Notes under the pieces: model-generated
Told to the model about the DNA's origin: nothing
The model's database searches: none
What the model saw: the letters and a program-made list of their open reading frames with translations, nothing else
Part shown: one piece after another, positions 61,901 to 64,000 of the stretch
Layout: each line of letters opens with the position of its first letter
Numbering within the stretch: position 1 is the first letter of the stretch
Program-made: the position numbers and the translations under genes
Source: Azolla caroliniana
Lineage: Eukaryota; Plantae; Polypodiophyta
Direction: 5' to 3'
Assembly (NCBI GenBank): GCA_043228905.1
Contig: JBHGNT010000020.1
Span: forward strand, 12,586,001 to 12,650,000
DNA length: 64,000 nucleotides

Positions 61901-62396
61901 GCCGATCATGCCGATGGAACAGACGATCTCCACGTGGGCAACGGTCGACTGGAGGGACGAGATGACCCGGGAGGAGTTGTTGGGCGCGCGTATACGACAG
62001 CTCGAGCGGAGACCGGAGGACGTGGAACTGGCTGCGGAGAAGCTCCGGGTGGCGAGGACAAAGAACAAAGCCAGGTTCGACCGAACGCACCGGCTCCGAC
62101 CGAAGAAAATCGAAGAAGGTGACTGGGTGCTCGTCTACGACAGCAGCCTCGACAACCAGCACCGAGCTACACGGAAGTTCGCACGAAGGTGGTTCGGGCC
62201 TTACGTGGTACGGAGCGCCAATGACAACGGGACATATCACCTGGCGGAACTCGACGGCACGAGAATGGCGATACCGGTTGCAGGGAAGCGGATCAAAGCG
62301 TTCAAGAAGCGACACGACGACGAGCCGGACCCGGCTCTCCTAGTCAGCAGTGACGAACGATCCGAAAACGAGGAAGAACCGACGGGCGAGGAATGA
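58908..62396 (+). CDS. pol: Pol (RT-RNase H-integrase), intact, in the -1 frame
   Basis: Open from 58908; PFLDD, VDTSPTGIG, H..PWAGH..CESC, WMVDL..ADRGE..GKVE and GPY motifs; no chromodomain. Confidence 0.95.
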   Translation, partial: GFLERTAKAWGRDSPDAPGKPHICTIKPCTIGRKFCFSDSGACTMVGIAGREKTKTEGRLRACGVLGPDEEIDGAVEAVSFDDTLGMLGKVVEEDLNEDRTIPVCSEEMYEVIADFGRGLESERTARVSTKYKTVDRKVRPVAAPLPEGSESRIKMVASDPNLRDPACIGHTFTNETLRELKIGGGGFLLPVEEDRFRRMLGSHGKAFAFSLEEIGCVDPTVVETMVIFTVPHVPWNLKPIPVPRAHIPKLMELLKQKVDMGILEPSSAPYSNRWFTVPKKNGSLRFIQDLQPVNRVTIRNAGIGPTIDEFAEAFAGRSIYSVGDLYSGYDQFQLAVESRDITTMRTPLGLVRMCTLPQGGTNSVAHMVNAMNKVLRDCIPDITMPFLDDIPIKGCPVEEKDETIGPDGCRRFVMTHIDDCEKVLQRLEDARLTFSGEKSAFGQSEIMVVGHLCGPYGRKPSPAKVEAISAMKPDCSSVMEVRRFLGACAFYHIWIPHYAHVAEPLYGLLKKGRRFQWLDKHTESVRKLKAALSAAPALRKAVYRKGTPVYITVDTSPTGIGWVVNQEDEDDNRFPIRFGAKVLSERQRGYAHVKRELWGIVSAVKADKDYLIGTEVIIETDCMPILGMVSGCATPDLAMLRWIAYIKSLDPEIQHISGKDNDMADMLSRARFDDEGGMVSEDEEVGVDFFEAAYVTTDRTSTPALNDFDASKYDGEWLQIGGFLRTMAPDASWTKDEANRIRKKAYRFFLRDGYLWKHPKKRDGAPLRVVAMKEEQEELLTAYHDSPWAGHRGTWATFEKIKEKYWWPGLYRDVHRFVITCESCQMHSVVRHRDELHPTYPPTIHFKWMVDLVTMPMGVGHMRYLVLAREDLTNQVEGRALPNKTTAAVCRFLIEDVICRYGCVGKIVADRGELDAEEAAELFDRLGVKLSLTTAYNPEANGKVERGHGPIVKALVRACGGRVGNWPRLLPYALWADRTTHSSVTGYMPTELMFGQKPIMPMEQTISTWATVDWRDEMTREELLGARIRQLERRPEDVELAAEKLRVARTKNKARFDRTHRLRPKKIEEGDWVLVYDSSLDNQHRATRKFARRWFGPYVVRSANDNGTYHLAELDGTRMAIPVAGKRIKAFKKRHDDEPDPALLVSSDERSENEEEPTGEE

Positions 62397-64000
62397 AGAC
62401 GGGCCGGTTTTCTCCGTCCCAACTCTCTTGGCGCATACCGGAGGATGCGCCGTTAGGTGGGGGCGGATGTCGTGAAGAAAACCGTCCATAAGCGGAATCG
62501 GCGCACCAAGGCGTGGGAACCGGTTCTTCACGCACGCACGCTCCAAGTTGTACATAGAAGCGAATTAGGAGGATAATCGGCAGGAACGGGCCCTAACACA
62601 AGTGGAGACAAAGACCGCGCGAACAGTCTTTTCGGTCGCGCGCGCGAGCTAAGGAACTGTACGAGTCGGCGGCGTAACTACACGGATGCGTGAAGAACGG
62701 AGCGGATCCCTGTTCAAAAGGGACAGGGAATAAAGCTGACAGGACGGCCTGCTCGTCGGCCTATATAAGGAGCAGGAAAGAGCTGTTGCAGGGATCTCGC
62801 GCGGAGAGGACGAAGTGCTGTCGGACCGTTTCTGGACGCTTCTCTCTCTGTTTCCTTCCTTCTTGAGCTCCATAGCTTTTCTGTGCAGGGTTCCGAGGAG
62901 GCTCGCGCTGTTTCGAGGAACGCCCGAGTGCTTCCGGCAGCATCTCCGACCTGCTACCCCTTTGTGCGTCAAAGCGAACAAGCGCCGGCTTCTGTTCGCC
63001 GGCCTGTTCGGCTGTAACCAACCTGTGCCCCATCGAGGGTTGTAGTCGTGTTAGCCATTTTTGTTAATATACATAGTTAGTCATTCGCATCTGTCTGTGT
63101 CGGTGTCTGTTCGCGTTCTCCGTGCTGAAGGGCCGTGTCCCTGTGTATTCCCGGTCCTGCGTAGCCGGTTCTCTCTCCTTCTCCTCCCTCGCTTGCTCTT
63201 TGGTTCGAGACCCCCGCGGTCCCGCCTCGTTTCCACACGCACTTGCAAAACATCTCGACAGCGTGTGTGTGTGTCTTAGTGTTTCTTTCTTGCTTATGTA
63301 CATATGTGTGTGAGAGTCAATATTGCGTGCCCGCTCTCTCTCTCTCTCTCCCTTCGGTTGCTTCCGGTGTGCTTCTGGGATGCCCCGGAAATGGTGAAGC
63401 ACGACTTCCTACGTTCCGTCACTCCCTAGTCCAAGACCCCCGTGGTCCCGCCTTTCTCCAACACGTACTCGCAAAACTTCGCGACACCGTGACTGACCCA
63501 CAATCATCCTTCATCGCGGAGATGGCTTCTACCTTTGTCGGGGACGGCTTCCGGCCGTAAGGCCTGCACCAGTGTTCGACTACCAAGATCTCCGGTTGTC
63601 CGAAGGCTGATTTTTCTCATGAGAAGGTGAGTCGCGCGCTCTCGAGTCTTTGTAGCACCTTCTCGCAGTCGCGGATGTGATCCATCACGAACCTCCGGCA
63701 ACCGTCGAGCCCGACCGACTCGTCCTTGTCCTCCATTGGACATCCTTTGATCGGGATGTCGTCCAGAAATGGCATGGTGATGTCCGGGATGCAGTCCCTC
63801 AACACCTTGTTCATCGCATTCACCATGTGCGCCATTGAGTTCGTTCCTCCTTGCGGCAGGGTACAAATCCGAACTAGGCCGAGAGGAGTCCGCATCGTCG
63901 TGACATCCCTGCTCTCTACGGCTAGTTGGAACTAATCGTACCCTGAGTACAGATCCCCGAACGAGTAGATCGACCTCCCTGCAAAGGCCTCCACGAACTC

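Larger units (their letters stand above)
55954..63260 (+). mobile_element. Very young full-length Ty3/gypsy (non-chromovirus, possibly Phygy-like), tRNA-Trp primed
   Basis: 793-bp LTRs at 55954-56746 and 62468-63260 (only two differences noticed); 4-bp TSD GCGT; PBS TGGTGAACCCGACGTGA 56751-56767, complementary to the plant tRNA-Trp 3' end; PPT AGGTGGGGGCGGA. Confidence 0.96.
55352..63486 (+). mobile_element. Solo LTR (55352-55953 + 63261-63486) split by the young element
   Basis: TGTCGTGAAG..TCGCGACA termini; 4-bp TSD CCGT (55348-55351 and 63487-63490). Confidence 0.9.
52586..64000 (-). mobile_element. Degenerate Ty3/gypsy (non-chromovirus, possibly Phygy-like); outer member of the nest; continues beyond the window
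   Basis: 3' LTR 52586-53266; PPT TAGGTGGGGGCGGA; INT/RH 53341-55351; RT resumes at 63487. Removing the insertion restores DCGSVTEVRR. Confidence 0.92.

Noticed and set aside
45397-62420. Many antisense and alternative-frame ORFs over the young retrotransposons
   Set aside because: Expected shadow ORFs in GC-rich coding DNA, with no independent domain evidence.

Overview
Eukaryotic, almost certainly land-plant genomic DNA. The TE families suggest a non-seed plant such as a bryophyte, which is an inference. The window holds one host gene: a ~750-aa coiled-coil protein in three phase-0 exons (12158-14029, 14556-14705, 40491-40721), whose second intron is 25.8 kb and filled with nested retroelements. 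Transposons make up most of the rest: a hAT MITE, microsatellite-tailed LINEs, a fragmented L1, several Tnt1/Tork-like Ty1/copia copies, a Tcn1-like chromovirus, a non-coding LTR element, and a three-level nest of tRNA-Trp-primed Ty3/gypsy elements with 4-bp TSDs, one of them nearly intact and very young. The most notable observations are: (1) two dissimilar LTR families share one layout, an outward-facing tRNA-like A/B-box module, then heat-shock elements, TATA, and a Tf1-type self-priming 5' end/PBS; (2) a 698-bp LTR-derived fold-back element has two U3 ends and a perfect TSD; (3) every visible target site of the 4-bp-TSD gypsy group is centred on CG; (4) a clean 176-bp inversion flips the LTR end, PBS and gag start; (5) a circularly permuted copia lies inside a split LTR. 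No prokaryotic features or CRISPR arrays are present. All calls were made by eye, and boundaries of decayed elements are approximate.
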